From positions 196 through 64,195 of the forward strand of contig JAZOSN010000059.1 of assembly GCA_045657105.1 (NCBI GenBank): a DNA stretch of 64,000 nt. Direction: 5' to 3'. Made by a program: the position numbers and the translations under genes. Position 1 is the first letter of the stretch; the number at the start of each line of letters is the position of its first letter. Under the pieces are notes generated by a model. The model was given only the letters and a program-made list of their open reading frames with translations. It was not told where the DNA came from and did no database searches. The DNA comes from Eubacteriales bacterium. Lineage in GTDB: Bacteria > Bacillota > Clostridia > Oscillospirales > CAG-272. Of this stretch, positions 27,132 through 36,508 are shown one piece after another.

Positions 27132-27302
27132 CTAAGGGCGCAGCCCTTAGATATCCCGCCAAGAAATTTTAAAAAAGTTTCTTGGATCTTCAAACGTAAT
27201 CTGAAAACCCTTTTTGTAAAAAGGTTTTTCAGACTTTCCCAAAAACTTTACTTAGGGAACTTTTTGGAAAAAGTTCCCTAAGAACCCTCAAAAACTTTAC
27301 TT
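27132..27302. repeat. Cluster of REP-like hairpin repeats (dispersed family; other copies at 51344-51564)
   Basis: Hairpins are CTAAGGGCgcaGCCCTTAG (27132-27150), CCAAGAAA..TTTCTTGG (27159-27185), CTGAAAACCcttttTGTAAAAAGGTTTTTCAG plus the tail ACTTTCCCAAAAACTTTA (27201-27250), and CTTAGGGAACTTTTTggAAAAAGTTCCCTAAG plus the tail AACCCTCAAAAACTTTAC (27251-27300). Confidence 0.55.
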
Positions 27303-27320
27303 AAAAGGACTACATACTCT

Positions 27321-28697
27321 ATGATACATGCATATAAGCTTGGCGGAATGAATATAGTACTCGACGTCTTCTCGGGCTCTGTCCACGTAGTCGATGAGGT
27401 TGCTTACGACATCATCACCGCATACGAAAACAAGGAAAAAGAAGAAATAATCACTGAAATTCTCGCAAAATATCAGGACAGAGAAGATGTAAACCGCGAT
27501 GAGATCATCGACTGCTTCGACCAGATCGAGGCTCTTAAAGCATCAGGCAAGCTATTTGCGCCCGACACCTTCTCTCCTATTGCAGACACGCTCAAAAGAA
27601 AGACCTCGGGCGTCGTAAAGGCACTCTGTCTGCACGTGGCTCACACCTGCAACTTAAACTGCGAGTATTGCTTTGCAAGTCAGGGAAAATATCACGGCGA
27701 CCGCGCCGTAATGAGCCTTGACGTCGCGAAACGCGCGCTCGATTTCCTTATCGAAAACTCGAAGGGCAGACGAAACTTAGAAGTCGACTTTTTCGGCGGC
27801 GAGCCTCTTATGAATTTCGATATGCTTAAAGAACTCGTAAAATACGCCCGTGAGCGTGAGAAGGAATGCGGAAAGAATTTCCGTTTTACTCTGACCACGA
27901 ACGGACTTCTTATCGACGACGACGTAATTGACTTTGCAAACCGCGAGATGAGCAACGTCGTGCTCAGTCTTGACGGAAGAAAAGAAATCCACGACCGCTA
28001 CCGCGTTGACTATGCAGGAAACGGAAGCTGGGAGCGCATCGTTCCCAAATTCCAAAAGCTCGTAGAGGCGCGCGGCGGAAAGAACTACTATATGCGCGGC
28101 ACCTTCACGCACGCAAATCCCGACTTTGTAAAGGACATCGAAAAGATGCTCGAGCTTGGATTTACCGAGCTTAGTATGGAGCCCGTAGTGTGCGCACCGG
28201 AGGACAAATCCGCACTTACTGCCGAGGATCTTCCGATAGTTCTCGAGCAGTATGAAAAGCTTGCAGAGCTTATGCTCAGTCGCCGCCGTGCAGGCAAGCC
28301 CTTCACCTTCTACCACTATATGATCGACCTTAGCGGCGGTCCCTGCATCTACAAGAGAGTTTCGGGTTGCGGCTCGGGAACCGAATATATGGCGGTCACT
28401 CCTTGGGGCGATCTTTACCCCTGCCACCAGTTCGTCGGCGAGGAAAAATTCAAACTCGGCGACATTTGGAACGGCGTTACAAACACTGATACACAGGAAG
28501 AATTCGGCAAATGCAACGTATATTCGCGCCCTGAATGTGCTACCTGTTGGGCAAAGCTCTACTGCTCGGGTGGTTGTGCGGCAAACGCCTACCATTCGAC
28601 AGGCTCGGTAAACGGTGTTTACAAATACGGTTGCGAGCTATTTCGCAAGAGAATGGAATGTGCTATTATGCTCGAAGCGGCAAAGGCAGAAGAGTAA
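27321..28697 (+). CDS. scfB: Radical SAM/SPASM thioether cross-link-forming SCIFF maturase
   Basis: CNLNCEYCF radical-SAM cluster motif. C-terminal SPASM cysteines (CGSGTEYMAVTPWGDLYPCHQF, CATCWAKLYCSGGCAANA). Immediately downstream of the SCIFF precursor. Confidence 0.9.
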   Translation: MIHAYKLGGMNIVLDVFSGSVHVVDEVAYDIITAYENKEKEEIITEILAKYQDREDVNRDEIIDCFDQIEALKASGKLFAPDTFSPIADTLKRKTSGVVKALCLHVAHTCNLNCEYCFASQGKYHGDRAVMSLDVAKRALDFLIENSKGRRNLEVDFFGGEPLMNFDMLKELVKYAREREKECGKNFRFTLTTNGLLIDDDVIDFANREMSNVVLSLDGRKEIHDRYRVDYAGNGSWERIVPKFQKLVEARGGKNYYMRGTFTHANPDFVKDIEKMLELGFTELSMEPVVCAPEDKSALTAEDLPIVLEQYEKLAELMLSRRRAGKPFTFYHYMIDLSGGPCIYKRVSGCGSGTEYMAVTPWGDLYPCHQFVGEEKFKLGDIWNGVTNTDTQEEFGKCNVYSRPECATCWAKLYCSGGCAANAYHSTGSVNGVYKYGCELFRKRMECAIMLEAAKAEE

Positions 28698-28698
28698 T

Positions 28699-30030
28699 AT
28701 GGATACTCCGATATACGATTTCGTTAAAAAATACGCGCAGGAGAAAGCCTTTCGCGCGCATATGCCGGGACACAAAGGAAACGGACCGCTCGGCGTCGAG
28801 GCGCTCGACCTCACCGAAATTGACGGAGCGGACGTCCTTTACAGTCCTAGCGGAATAATAAAAAAGAGCGAGGAAAACGCGGCAGAGCTGTTTGGCACTT
28901 CAAGGACACTCTATTCTACCGAAGGCTCTTCCCTTTCTATCCGCGCGATGCTCTACCTTGCAACGCTTTATGCTAAAAGCCGTGGCAAAAATCCGAGGAT
29001 CGCGGCAGGACGAAACGCGCACAGAGTATTTATAAGTGCCTCCGCTCTGCTTGATTTTGACGTCGCTTGGATATTTCCCGAAAAAATCGAGAGTATAGTT
29101 TCCTGCGAGATAACTCCGGACGCGCTCGACAAATTCTTATCCGAAAACGAGGTCTGCGCGGTATATATAACAAGTCCGGATTATCTCGGAAATATTGCAG
29201 ATATTGCAGGTCTTTCGAAGATCTGCAAGAAACACGGAGCTCTGCTTCTGGTTGACAACGCGCACGGCGCATATCTGAATTTTCTGCCGTCGCCCTGTCA
29301 CCCAATAGCACTCGGAGCAGATATCTCGGCAGATTCGGCACACAAAACTCTGCCCGTTCTGACGGGCGGCGGATACCTGCACATCTCAAAAGATGCGCCG
29401 GAGCTCTTTTTTGAGCAGGCAGACTGTGCTATGGCACTTTTCGCCTCGACGAGTCCGTCGTATCTGATAATGCAGTCGCTTGATCTTGCAAACAGATATA
29501 TCGCAGACTCATATCGCGAGCGTCTTGCGATTTTTGCCGAAAAGACAGAAAAATTAAAGAAAAGCCTGATAAAAGCAGGCTACATACTCGTCGGAAACGA
29601 GCCGCTCAAAGTGACGATCGCTCCCAAAGGATATGGATACACGGGCGAGGAAATAGCAAATATTCTGCGAGAGAAAAACATCGTCTGCGAATTCTGCGAC
29701 AGAGATTTTACCGTTCTTATGCTCACTCCCGAGAGCGGCGATGAGATGCTTGACAAGATTTACGGAGTGCTGAGCCACATACCGAAAAATCCCGAGATCA
29801 CCGACAAAATGCCTACTCTCAGTCTACCCGAAAGAGTTCTTTCTCCGAGAGAGGCGACGATGCTCCCGAGCCGTGAATTTGACATTTGCGACTGCGTAGG
29901 AAAAGTGCTTGCAACACCGAGCGTTTCCTGCCCACCCGCAATACCGATCGTCGTTTGCGGCGAAAGAATAAGCGAGAGCGCAGTCGGCGTTTTCGAGTAT
30001 TACGGCATCAAAAAAGTCCGCTGTGTGTAA
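28699..30030 (+). CDS. PLP-dependent Orn/Lys/Arg decarboxylase-family protein
   Basis: Start at ATG 28699, 1 nt after the maturase stop. MDTPIYDFVKKYAQEKAFRAHMPGHKG N-terminus and SAHKTLPVLTGGGYLH (PLP lysine motif) are typical of this family. The ORF-track start 28615 lies inside scfB. Confidence 0.75.
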   Translation: MDTPIYDFVKKYAQEKAFRAHMPGHKGNGPLGVEALDLTEIDGADVLYSPSGIIKKSEENAAELFGTSRTLYSTEGSSLSIRAMLYLATLYAKSRGKNPRIAAGRNAHRVFISASALLDFDVAWIFPEKIESIVSCEITPDALDKFLSENEVCAVYITSPDYLGNIADIAGLSKICKKHGALLLVDNAHGAYLNFLPSPCHPIALGADISADSAHKTLPVLTGGGYLHISKDAPELFFEQADCAMALFASTSPSYLIMQSLDLANRYIADSYRERLAIFAEKTEKLKKSLIKAGYILVGNEPLKVTIAPKGYGYTGEEIANILREKNIVCEFCDRDFTVLMLTPESGDEMLDKIYGVLSHIPKNPEITDKMPTLSLPERVLSPREATMLPSREFDICDCVGKVLATPSVSCPPAIPIVVCGERISESAVGVFEYYGIKKVRCV

Positions 30031-30056
30031 ACAAAACAATGAAAGGTGAAAGAAAA

Positions 30057-30455
30057 ATGACACCCAAGATCACAGGAATACATCATATAGCCCTAAAAGC
30101 AAAAGGGCTTGAAAACTACAAAAAGATGTTTGAATTTTATCACGAAATCCTCGGACTTCCGATAGTCAGAGAGTGGGGAGAGGGTGAAAATCTCGGTGCT
30201 ATGCTCGATACCGGCGCAGGTATGCTCGAAATATTCTCAAATGCCGCCGATGTTCTTTCCGAGGGTGCTCTCCGCCACATCGCTTTTGCGGTAGAGAGTG
30301 TCGACGTCTGCGTCGAGGCGGTACGAAAAGCGGGATATAAGATCACGATGGATCCAAAGGATATAGTGATCGCATCTGAGCCACCCTACCCCGCGCGCAT
30401 CGCCTTCTGCGAGGGCCCCGTCGGCGAAAGCGTCGAGTTTTTTATGGAAAAATAA
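30057..30455 (+). CDS. VOC/glyoxalase-family protein
   Basis: ITGIHHIALKAKGLENYKKMFEFYHEILGLPIV...RHIAFAV...EFF pattern. Start chosen at the ATG with an AGGTGA RBS; the alternative is ATG 30039. Confidence 0.75.
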   Translation: MTPKITGIHHIALKAKGLENYKKMFEFYHEILGLPIVREWGEGENLGAMLDTGAGMLEIFSNAADVLSEGALRHIAFAVESVDVCVEAVRKAGYKITMDPKDIVIASEPPYPARIAFCEGPVGESVEFFMEK

Positions 30456-30458
30456 GAT

Positions 30459-30490
30459 AAAACGGACGGTTTTTACCGTCCGTTTTTTGT
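30459..30490 (+). terminator. Rho-independent terminator
   Basis: AAAACGGACGGT-tttt-ACCGTCCGTTTTTTGT. Confidence 0.65.
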
Positions 30491-30556
30491 TTGCAACCGA
30501 CCGTTGCTCGACAAAAGCCGAATTCTATGATATAATGCTTACGAGGTGATAAAGCA

Positions 30557-31255
30557 ATGTTTAATACCGTTAAATTCGGAAAAGCACTTTCCAAATTAAG
30601 AAAAAACGCAGATATGACGCAAAGTGAACTTGCAGACAAATTAAACTTGACAAGGCAGGCTATTTCCAAATACGAACGCGGAGAAAGCTTTCCTGATATT
30701 TCTGTTCTCGTAAATATCGCCGCGGTATTTAATACAAGCCTCGACTCACTCATAAACGGCGGCGAACCAAGTGCAGGTGAGCGTTTGATGTTCAAAAGCG
30801 TTGCCGGCGTAGGTGACGACACGAGCTCCGGAACAATCGAAGACCTTGTGAATCTTGCGCCTCTTTTAAAACCAAGCGTTCTGAAAAAGCTTTCCGAAAA
30901 ATTCGCCAAAGACGGAATAGACATCTCAAATATCGTTCTTCTCGCCGAATATCTGAGTGAAGATGCCATTGCAGAACTGATTGAAAATTCAAGCTTTGAC
31001 GAGGTAAGTGATGAGCTTCTTGAAAGATTCATTCCCATACTTGATGTCCGCTCAAAGGATATTATATTCCAAAAAATATTGAACGGCGAGATAGATTGGA
31101 ATTTTATTAAGACTCTTCTGCCATATGCAGACTACATGACCTCTCAGATTGAAGCCGCCGTAGTCTTTGGTGCACTTCCCACAGAGGTACTAAAACTACT
31201 CAAAGAATATCAAGACGAAAAGATAAAACGATGGCAGGCAAATAATAAAAAATAA
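30557..31255 (+). CDS. XRE-family HTH transcriptional regulator with an uncharacterised C-terminal domain
   Basis: LRKNADMTQSELADKLNLTRQAISKYERGESFPDISVLVNIAAVF is a classical Cro/C1 HTH. Confidence 0.8.
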   Translation: MFNTVKFGKALSKLRKNADMTQSELADKLNLTRQAISKYERGESFPDISVLVNIAAVFNTSLDSLINGGEPSAGERLMFKSVAGVGDDTSSGTIEDLVNLAPLLKPSVLKKLSEKFAKDGIDISNIVLLAEYLSEDAIAELIENSSFDEVSDELLERFIPILDVRSKDIIFQKILNGEIDWNFIKTLLPYADYMTSQIEAAVVFGALPTEVLKLLKEYQDEKIKRWQANNKK

Positions 31256-31256
31256 C

Positions 31257-31282
31257 AAAACGGACGGTTTCCGTCCGTTTTT
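31257..31282. terminator. Bidirectional terminator hairpin between convergent genes
   Basis: AAAACGGACGG-tttc-CGTCCGTTTTT. Same stem sequence as the hairpin at 30459-30490. Confidence 0.6.
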
Positions 31283-32099
31283 AATATCCGTCCTCGCAAA
31301 GCTTTTTGGCAATATAATTTTTCGGTGTACTTCCTCTGAGCTTTTTAAAAACCTTTATAAAATAAGAAGAATCGGTATATCCGCAGAGCTCTGCCACCTC
31401 TTCGATAGTTCTGCCGTCAGACAAATACACGCAGGCGTGACTTATACGGACAGAGTTCAGAAAATCGTTAAATCCCGTACCTGCCGTCTGCTTCACCCAC
31501 TTACTGAAATAATTTTTATTATATCCGAAAAAGTCGGACGCGTCCCTGATCGTCACTTTTTTCGAATAGTTTTCCTCTACCCATTCGAGAAGGCGGGCGG
31601 CTCCGCTATCGGTAACGGGAGTTAAAATATCCTGATCCGCGGTGTCCGCAAGAGAATTTATTATTTCAAGAGTCGCAATTAATCTTCTGTCGAACCGCTC
31701 AGCTTCGTCTGCCGCAATGCAGGCGTTTTTATATAGCTTATCGAAGCTCTGGATACTGCTTGGAATAAGATCAAGCGACATTCCGCGCACACTGAGAAGA
31801 TTTTTTACGTTTATATATTTTTCGAGCTTTTCGATATTTATATGAAGCACGTGTATAAATTCTCCGCCGCCAAGATAAACGACCGAGTGAAGCTGTCTGG
31901 GCGCTATGTATATCGCGCTGTCGCCCTCGATCTTTATTCTTCTCCCGTTGACCGTCGCCTCGCCACTTATCCCTCTTGTAAAGATTATCTCAACGGTATC
32001 GCCGTAGTGCAGATAGGTATTTGTGGGTCTTCCTCTGTCCTTTGGCATGGGTACGTTGTGCCACATCCATATTTTCGAAGTAGAAGTTTCCTTAAACAT
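31281..32099 (-). CDS. AraC-family transcriptional regulator (cupin sensor plus HTH)
   Basis: C-terminal AraC HTH (ISHACVYLSDGRTIEEVAELCGYTDSSYFIKVFKKLRGSTPKNY). Start placed at ATG 32099 (GGAGG 8 nt upstream). The ORF track uses GTG 32108. Confidence 0.85.
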   Translation of the reverse strand: MFKETSTSKIWMWHNVPMPKDRGRPTNTYLHYGDTVEIIFTRGISGEATVNGRRIKIEGDSAIYIAPRQLHSVVYLGGGEFIHVLHINIEKLEKYINVKNLLSVRGMSLDLIPSSIQSFDKLYKNACIAADEAERFDRRLIATLEIINSLADTADQDILTPVTDSGAARLLEWVEENYSKKVTIRDASDFFGYNKNYFSKWVKQTAGTGFNDFLNSVRISHACVYLSDGRTIEEVAELCGYTDSSYFIKVFKKLRGSTPKNYIAKKLCEDGY

Positions 32100-32248
32100 C
32101 AGGTCCACCTCCTAAGGCTATTTTACCATTTAAAAGGCATTTGTCAAGTCTATATGTGAGTTTTTTACTATTTTTAGTTAAAATATTATATTTTTATATC
32201 CGCCGACGGAGGATAGAATTATTTTAGTAACTAAAAGGAGGTCCGAAC

Positions 32249-34765
32249 ATGAAAAGAAAAATAGTTGCAGTTGTAGAAAATCACTTCGACCAGCTTTGGC
32301 GCAGATGCTTTGAGCGCGACTTTCAGTCAAAGGGAAAAAACTATGTTTCCTACTCAAAGATCCAGCAGTATTACATTGAAGAAAACCTGAAGCTCTGCGA
32401 AAAATATCCCGAGTATAAATTTCAGATCGAAACGCCCTGTGCCGTTGAAACCTATCTCAAAAGCTTTCCAGAGCAGAGAGAAAAGCTAAAAGAGCTTTAC
32501 AGTCAGGGAAAGCTCAGAACGCCAAGCACAGGCTATCTTATAGTCGATAGCAATATGGTCGGAGAGGAAACCATCATAAAAAATTTTCTGCTTGCCGAAA
32601 AATTCTTCTCTGAGTTCGGCGGAAAAACACCGAATGCCTCTTGCCGAAGCGACGCGTTCGGAAACAGCGCACAGCTTCCGCAGATACTTAAAAATTTCGG
32701 CGCAACACACGTCAGAGAGCTCGCTTACGTTCCTTATGACGATGACGTCTGGCTCGGTCTTGACGGCTCGGCTATATGTGTAAAAAACCACCGTTTTCTC
32801 GGCATGGGCGGAGGATGGAGCAAGCTTGCCCCCTGCCCTGAGTGCAGTGGATTTGGCGTAAATAACGGCGAAAAATGCTCATATTGCGGCGGCAGAGGAG
32901 TAGACGAAAAAGGCGCGCTTCCCAGATGGACTGACGTCTATATCCGCGACGACGAGAGCGAAAGCGGAGTTATACAGGTCGGCGGTGAGGAGGTTTTGCC
33001 TCAGGAAAAAACGGTCACCATTATCGAAAAGATCCGCCGTGAAAAAGACGTCGATATTCACCTCGGCTTTGAAGAGGAGCTTCTCGATATATATGCAGAT
33101 GAGATCGAAAAGATCGAAAAGGGCGATTTTAACGGTCTTAAAGTAAGAGAGAGTCGGGAATTCAACCCGAACAATACAGGCTGCTTTACCACGAGGATCA
33201 AGACCAAGCAGAGCGAGTGCGAAATAGAAAACAAGCTTCTTGCCTGCGAAAGCCTGAAAGCGCTCGGATACGCCGACAAAAAGAGCGCGGAAAGCTACGA
33301 CGAGGCATGGAAGAATATGATGCTCTCTGCCTTCCACGACTCGGTCACGGGCACGATGGTAGATGCTCCGTACTACGAGCTTCTTGACATACACGAAGGT
33401 CTGAGAGCCTTCGTGAACGAAAAATACTTGAAAGATAACGATACCGACTCTGTGACTGTATATAACCCATCATCGTTTGAAAGAAGCGGAATATACGAGA
33501 GCTCGGACGGAAAAATTGCGATAATAGAGAAAATAAAGCCGTACTGCTTTGCCGACGTGCATTTCGAGGAAAAGGGCGTTATAACGAGAGAAAAGCCGCA
33601 GATAAATGAGCTTCCGAAGGAAGCGATCCTTACCGACAGGAGCACCTCTTCCGAGGCGGTACAGAGCGGTGAGATTTTCTTTATCGAAAACGAGTATTTC
33701 GTTATCGAGGCGGATAATAACGGACTGCGCGCCATCACCGACAAGCGTTTCGGCGCCGTATCGGCAATAAGTAACGGCGAGCGCCCGTTCGAGTTTGTTA
33801 TCGAGAGCGACGTAGGATCTCCGTGGGCAACGCTCGAAGAACCTGCAAGGGTATTTCCGCTTGCCGAGCGCACGGCGTTCGTTTCGCTCGAAAAGGGCGA
33901 GAAATTCACGAAACTGAATTTCAAAACCTCTTCTACGATGCAGATGTGCGACGTATGCAATCCAACGATCATAGAATGGTCGCTCACGCTTTTTAAGGGC
34001 TATGACAAAATAAGATTTGATGCAAAGGTGAACTGGCGCTCGATAAACAAGCGACTCAGAGTACGTTTTCCGCTTTCGGTTTCGGGAAGAGATATATACG
34101 GAATTCCCGGAGGATATATTGAAAGAGCACCTTACGAGCCGTCCTACGCGTGGGCAGGATCAAACGGTGACTGGCCGGCGTATAGATGGGGCGGCGTGGA
34201 GAGCGAAAACAAAAGTATCGCTATCTTCAACAGAGGAACTCCCTCTTACCGTATTCTGCCGAGTGAAAAAGGCGACAAAAAGACGCTTGCGATCTCACTA
34301 CTCCGCTCGCCGTCGGTAGCAACATATCTGCATGAGCCGACATCCTACTCGATGACCGATTGGGACACGATGCGCGACGAGGGTATGCACGAGATCTCCT
34401 TGGAGCTTGCCTGCTACGGCTCGGCTTTCCCTGAAAGCGGGGTCGTAAAAGACGCCGAGAGCTTTGCACGCCCCTTCCTTTCTGTAAAAGAAAAGGTTGA
34501 CGGGGAGCTTCCGTTTGTTCTTTCGGGCGGCGCGCTTGTTTCGCACTGCAAGGTTGCAGAGGACGAAAACGGTATAATTGCAAGAATAAGTGAAATATCG
34601 GGTAGTGGCGGCAGAGTAACGGTTTCTATTCCGCGCGCGGCAAAGGCGGTATATAAGACCGATATGCCCGAAAAAGCCGCCGAGAAGCTTGAGATCTCAC
34701 ACGACGGATCGGTCACACTTGATCTCAGAGCATTTGAAATAGCAAGCATAAGAATAGTTTATTAA
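32249..34765 (+). CDS. Glycoside hydrolase family 38-like protein (alpha-mannosidase type) with a DnaJ-type zinc-finger insert
   Basis: N-terminal VVENHFDQLW (HxD metal motif of GH38). SDAFGNSAQLPQIL matches the GH38 nucleophile motif DxFGxxxxxPQ. No signal peptide. Insert CPECSGFG...CSYCGGRG at 32834-32899. Confidence 0.7.
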   Translation: MKRKIVAVVENHFDQLWRRCFERDFQSKGKNYVSYSKIQQYYIEENLKLCEKYPEYKFQIETPCAVETYLKSFPEQREKLKELYSQGKLRTPSTGYLIVDSNMVGEETIIKNFLLAEKFFSEFGGKTPNASCRSDAFGNSAQLPQILKNFGATHVRELAYVPYDDDVWLGLDGSAICVKNHRFLGMGGGWSKLAPCPECSGFGVNNGEKCSYCGGRGVDEKGALPRWTDVYIRDDESESGVIQVGGEEVLPQEKTVTIIEKIRREKDVDIHLGFEEELLDIYADEIEKIEKGDFNGLKVRESREFNPNNTGCFTTRIKTKQSECEIENKLLACESLKALGYADKKSAESYDEAWKNMMLSAFHDSVTGTMVDAPYYELLDIHEGLRAFVNEKYLKDNDTDSVTVYNPSSFERSGIYESSDGKIAIIEKIKPYCFADVHFEEKGVITREKPQINELPKEAILTDRSTSSEAVQSGEIFFIENEYFVIEADNNGLRAITDKRFGAVSAISNGERPFEFVIESDVGSPWATLEEPARVFPLAERTAFVSLEKGEKFTKLNFKTSSTMQMCDVCNPTIIEWSLTLFKGYDKIRFDAKVNWRSINKRLRVRFPLSVSGRDIYGIPGGYIERAPYEPSYAWAGSNGDWPAYRWGGVESENKSIAIFNRGTPSYRILPSEKGDKKTLAISLLRSPSVATYLHEPTSYSMTDWDTMRDEGMHEISLELACYGSAFPESGVVKDAESFARPFLSVKEKVDGELPFVLSGGALVSHCKVAEDENGIIARISEISGSGGRVTVSIPRAAKAVYKTDMPEKAAEKLEISHDGSVTLDLRAFEIASIRIVY

Positions 34766-34804
34766 AAACAAAGGATACTTCGATATGAAGTATCCTTTGT
34801 TTTT
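34765..34804. terminator. Bidirectional terminator
   Basis: AAAAACAAAGGATACTTC-gatat-GAAGTATCCTTTGTTTTT, an 18-bp stem between convergent genes. Confidence 0.7.
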
Positions 34805-35786
34805 ACTGTGCACCCGTTGACGATGCGGCGATTGCCAGATCTTTACTTCCTTTGTCCATAAGACTTATCGAATTCTGCGACAAGACCTCGCACTCGCCCA
34901 CAACACACATCTCTCCTACCACAGATCCGCACGAAACTCCTGCGCCCTTTCGTATGTGTGCGCCTGAGCATATCACCGAATCGCGCACGAAGGCTCCCGC
35001 CTCGACTGTAACGCCGTCGAAAATAATGCTTCCCTTTATGTCGGCATCAGGCGAGATCTTGCAATTTTTACCGATGATGTTCTCACCGCGGGAATATCGC
35101 ATATTACATTCGAGATAAGACGAGGGAGTTCCCATATCGCACCAATAGCTATCGCTTCTCCAAGCCATCATCTTTTTGGTTTTTATTATTTTCGGAAAGA
35201 CGTCGAGAGAAAAATCGAGCTTTTCATTATCGGGCAGAGAGTCGATTATCTCGCGGGAAATTATATAGATCCCGATATTCACAAGCTTCGATTCGCACTC
35301 GCCTGCCGACGGCTTTTCGCAAAATCCGACTATTCTTCCCGTCTTATCAGTAACGAGCACACCAAAGCGCGAGGTGTCCTCGACCTCGGTGCATGCGACA
35401 CTCAGATCGGCAGAGCTCTCGTAGTGTGTTTTTATCATATCGCAAAGATCGCCCTCGAATACCGCGTCACCGCTTATGACAAGCAGATCTCCGCCGACGA
35501 GCTTTGAGGCATTTTTCACCCCGCCCGCGCTTCCGAGAGGTTTTTCCTCGCTCGCGTATTTTACGTCAACGTCGTAAACGCTCGGTCCGATGCCCTTTTT
35601 CATCTCATCTCCGAGATAACCGACCGTAACAACCGCTTTTTTGATTCCGCATCTGCTCACCTCACCGAGTATTTTTATTACGTTCGGAACGTTATTTACA
35701 GGCAGAAGAGGCTTGGGAGTCTTTTCGGTAAGCGGATAAAGACGGCTTCCCTTTCCTCCTGCCATAATTACTGCGCTAAGTTTCAT
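34803..35786 (-). CDS. Sugar-phosphate nucleotidyltransferase with C-terminal left-handed beta-helix
   Basis: MKLSAVIMAGGKGSRLYPLTEKTPKPLLPV is the NTP_transferase G-rich loop. The C-terminal hexapeptide-like repeats are by eye. Confidence 0.75.
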   Translation of the reverse strand: MKLSAVIMAGGKGSRLYPLTEKTPKPLLPVNNVPNVIKILGEVSRCGIKKAVVTVGYLGDEMKKGIGPSVYDVDVKYASEEKPLGSAGGVKNASKLVGGDLLVISGDAVFEGDLCDMIKTHYESSADLSVACTEVEDTSRFGVLVTDKTGRIVGFCEKPSAGECESKLVNIGIYIISREIIDSLPDNEKLDFSLDVFPKIIKTKKMMAWRSDSYWCDMGTPSSYLECNMRYSRGENIIGKNCKISPDADIKGSIIFDGVTVEAGAFVRDSVICSGAHIRKGAGVSCGSVVGEMCVVGECEVLSQNSISLMDKGSKDLAIAASSTGAQ

Positions 35787-35852
35787 AAAACAAGTCCTTT
35801 CAAATGAAAATTATCAGTTTTATTTTTTCCGACAAGTTTATGATTATTCCTC

Positions 35853-35881
35853 TTGAAAAAAAAGAGCTTTCGTGCTATACT
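35853..35881 (+). promoter_or_regulatory. Promoter candidate for rnhA
   Basis: TTGAAA (35853-35858), 17-nt spacer, TATACT (35876-35881). Confidence 0.4.
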
Positions 35882-35919
35882 TTCTATAAAGTAATATATA
35901 CGCGAAAGTTGATAATGAT

Positions 35920-36357
<438 letters not shown>

Positions 36358-36508
36358 TATCAAATTCACAAGTTATATATTGATTTATGCTTTTTAATGT
36401 GGTATTATTAGTAAAAAGAGGATTTTTAAGTAAAAAAAGATTATAAGATGCCTGTTTTTGGGCGTATAATCATAAAAAGCAGTTTTAAATACCGGGGAGG
36501 AAAATCCA

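Noticed and set aside
28615-28698. Longer N-terminal extension of the decarboxylase ORF (ORF-track start 28615), implying an 83-nt overlap with scfB
   Set aside because: The extension (MFTNTVASYFAREWNVLLCSKRQRQKSN) lies inside the scfB coding region in another frame. The family-typical N-terminus MDTPIYDF... begins at ATG 28699, right after the scfB stop.
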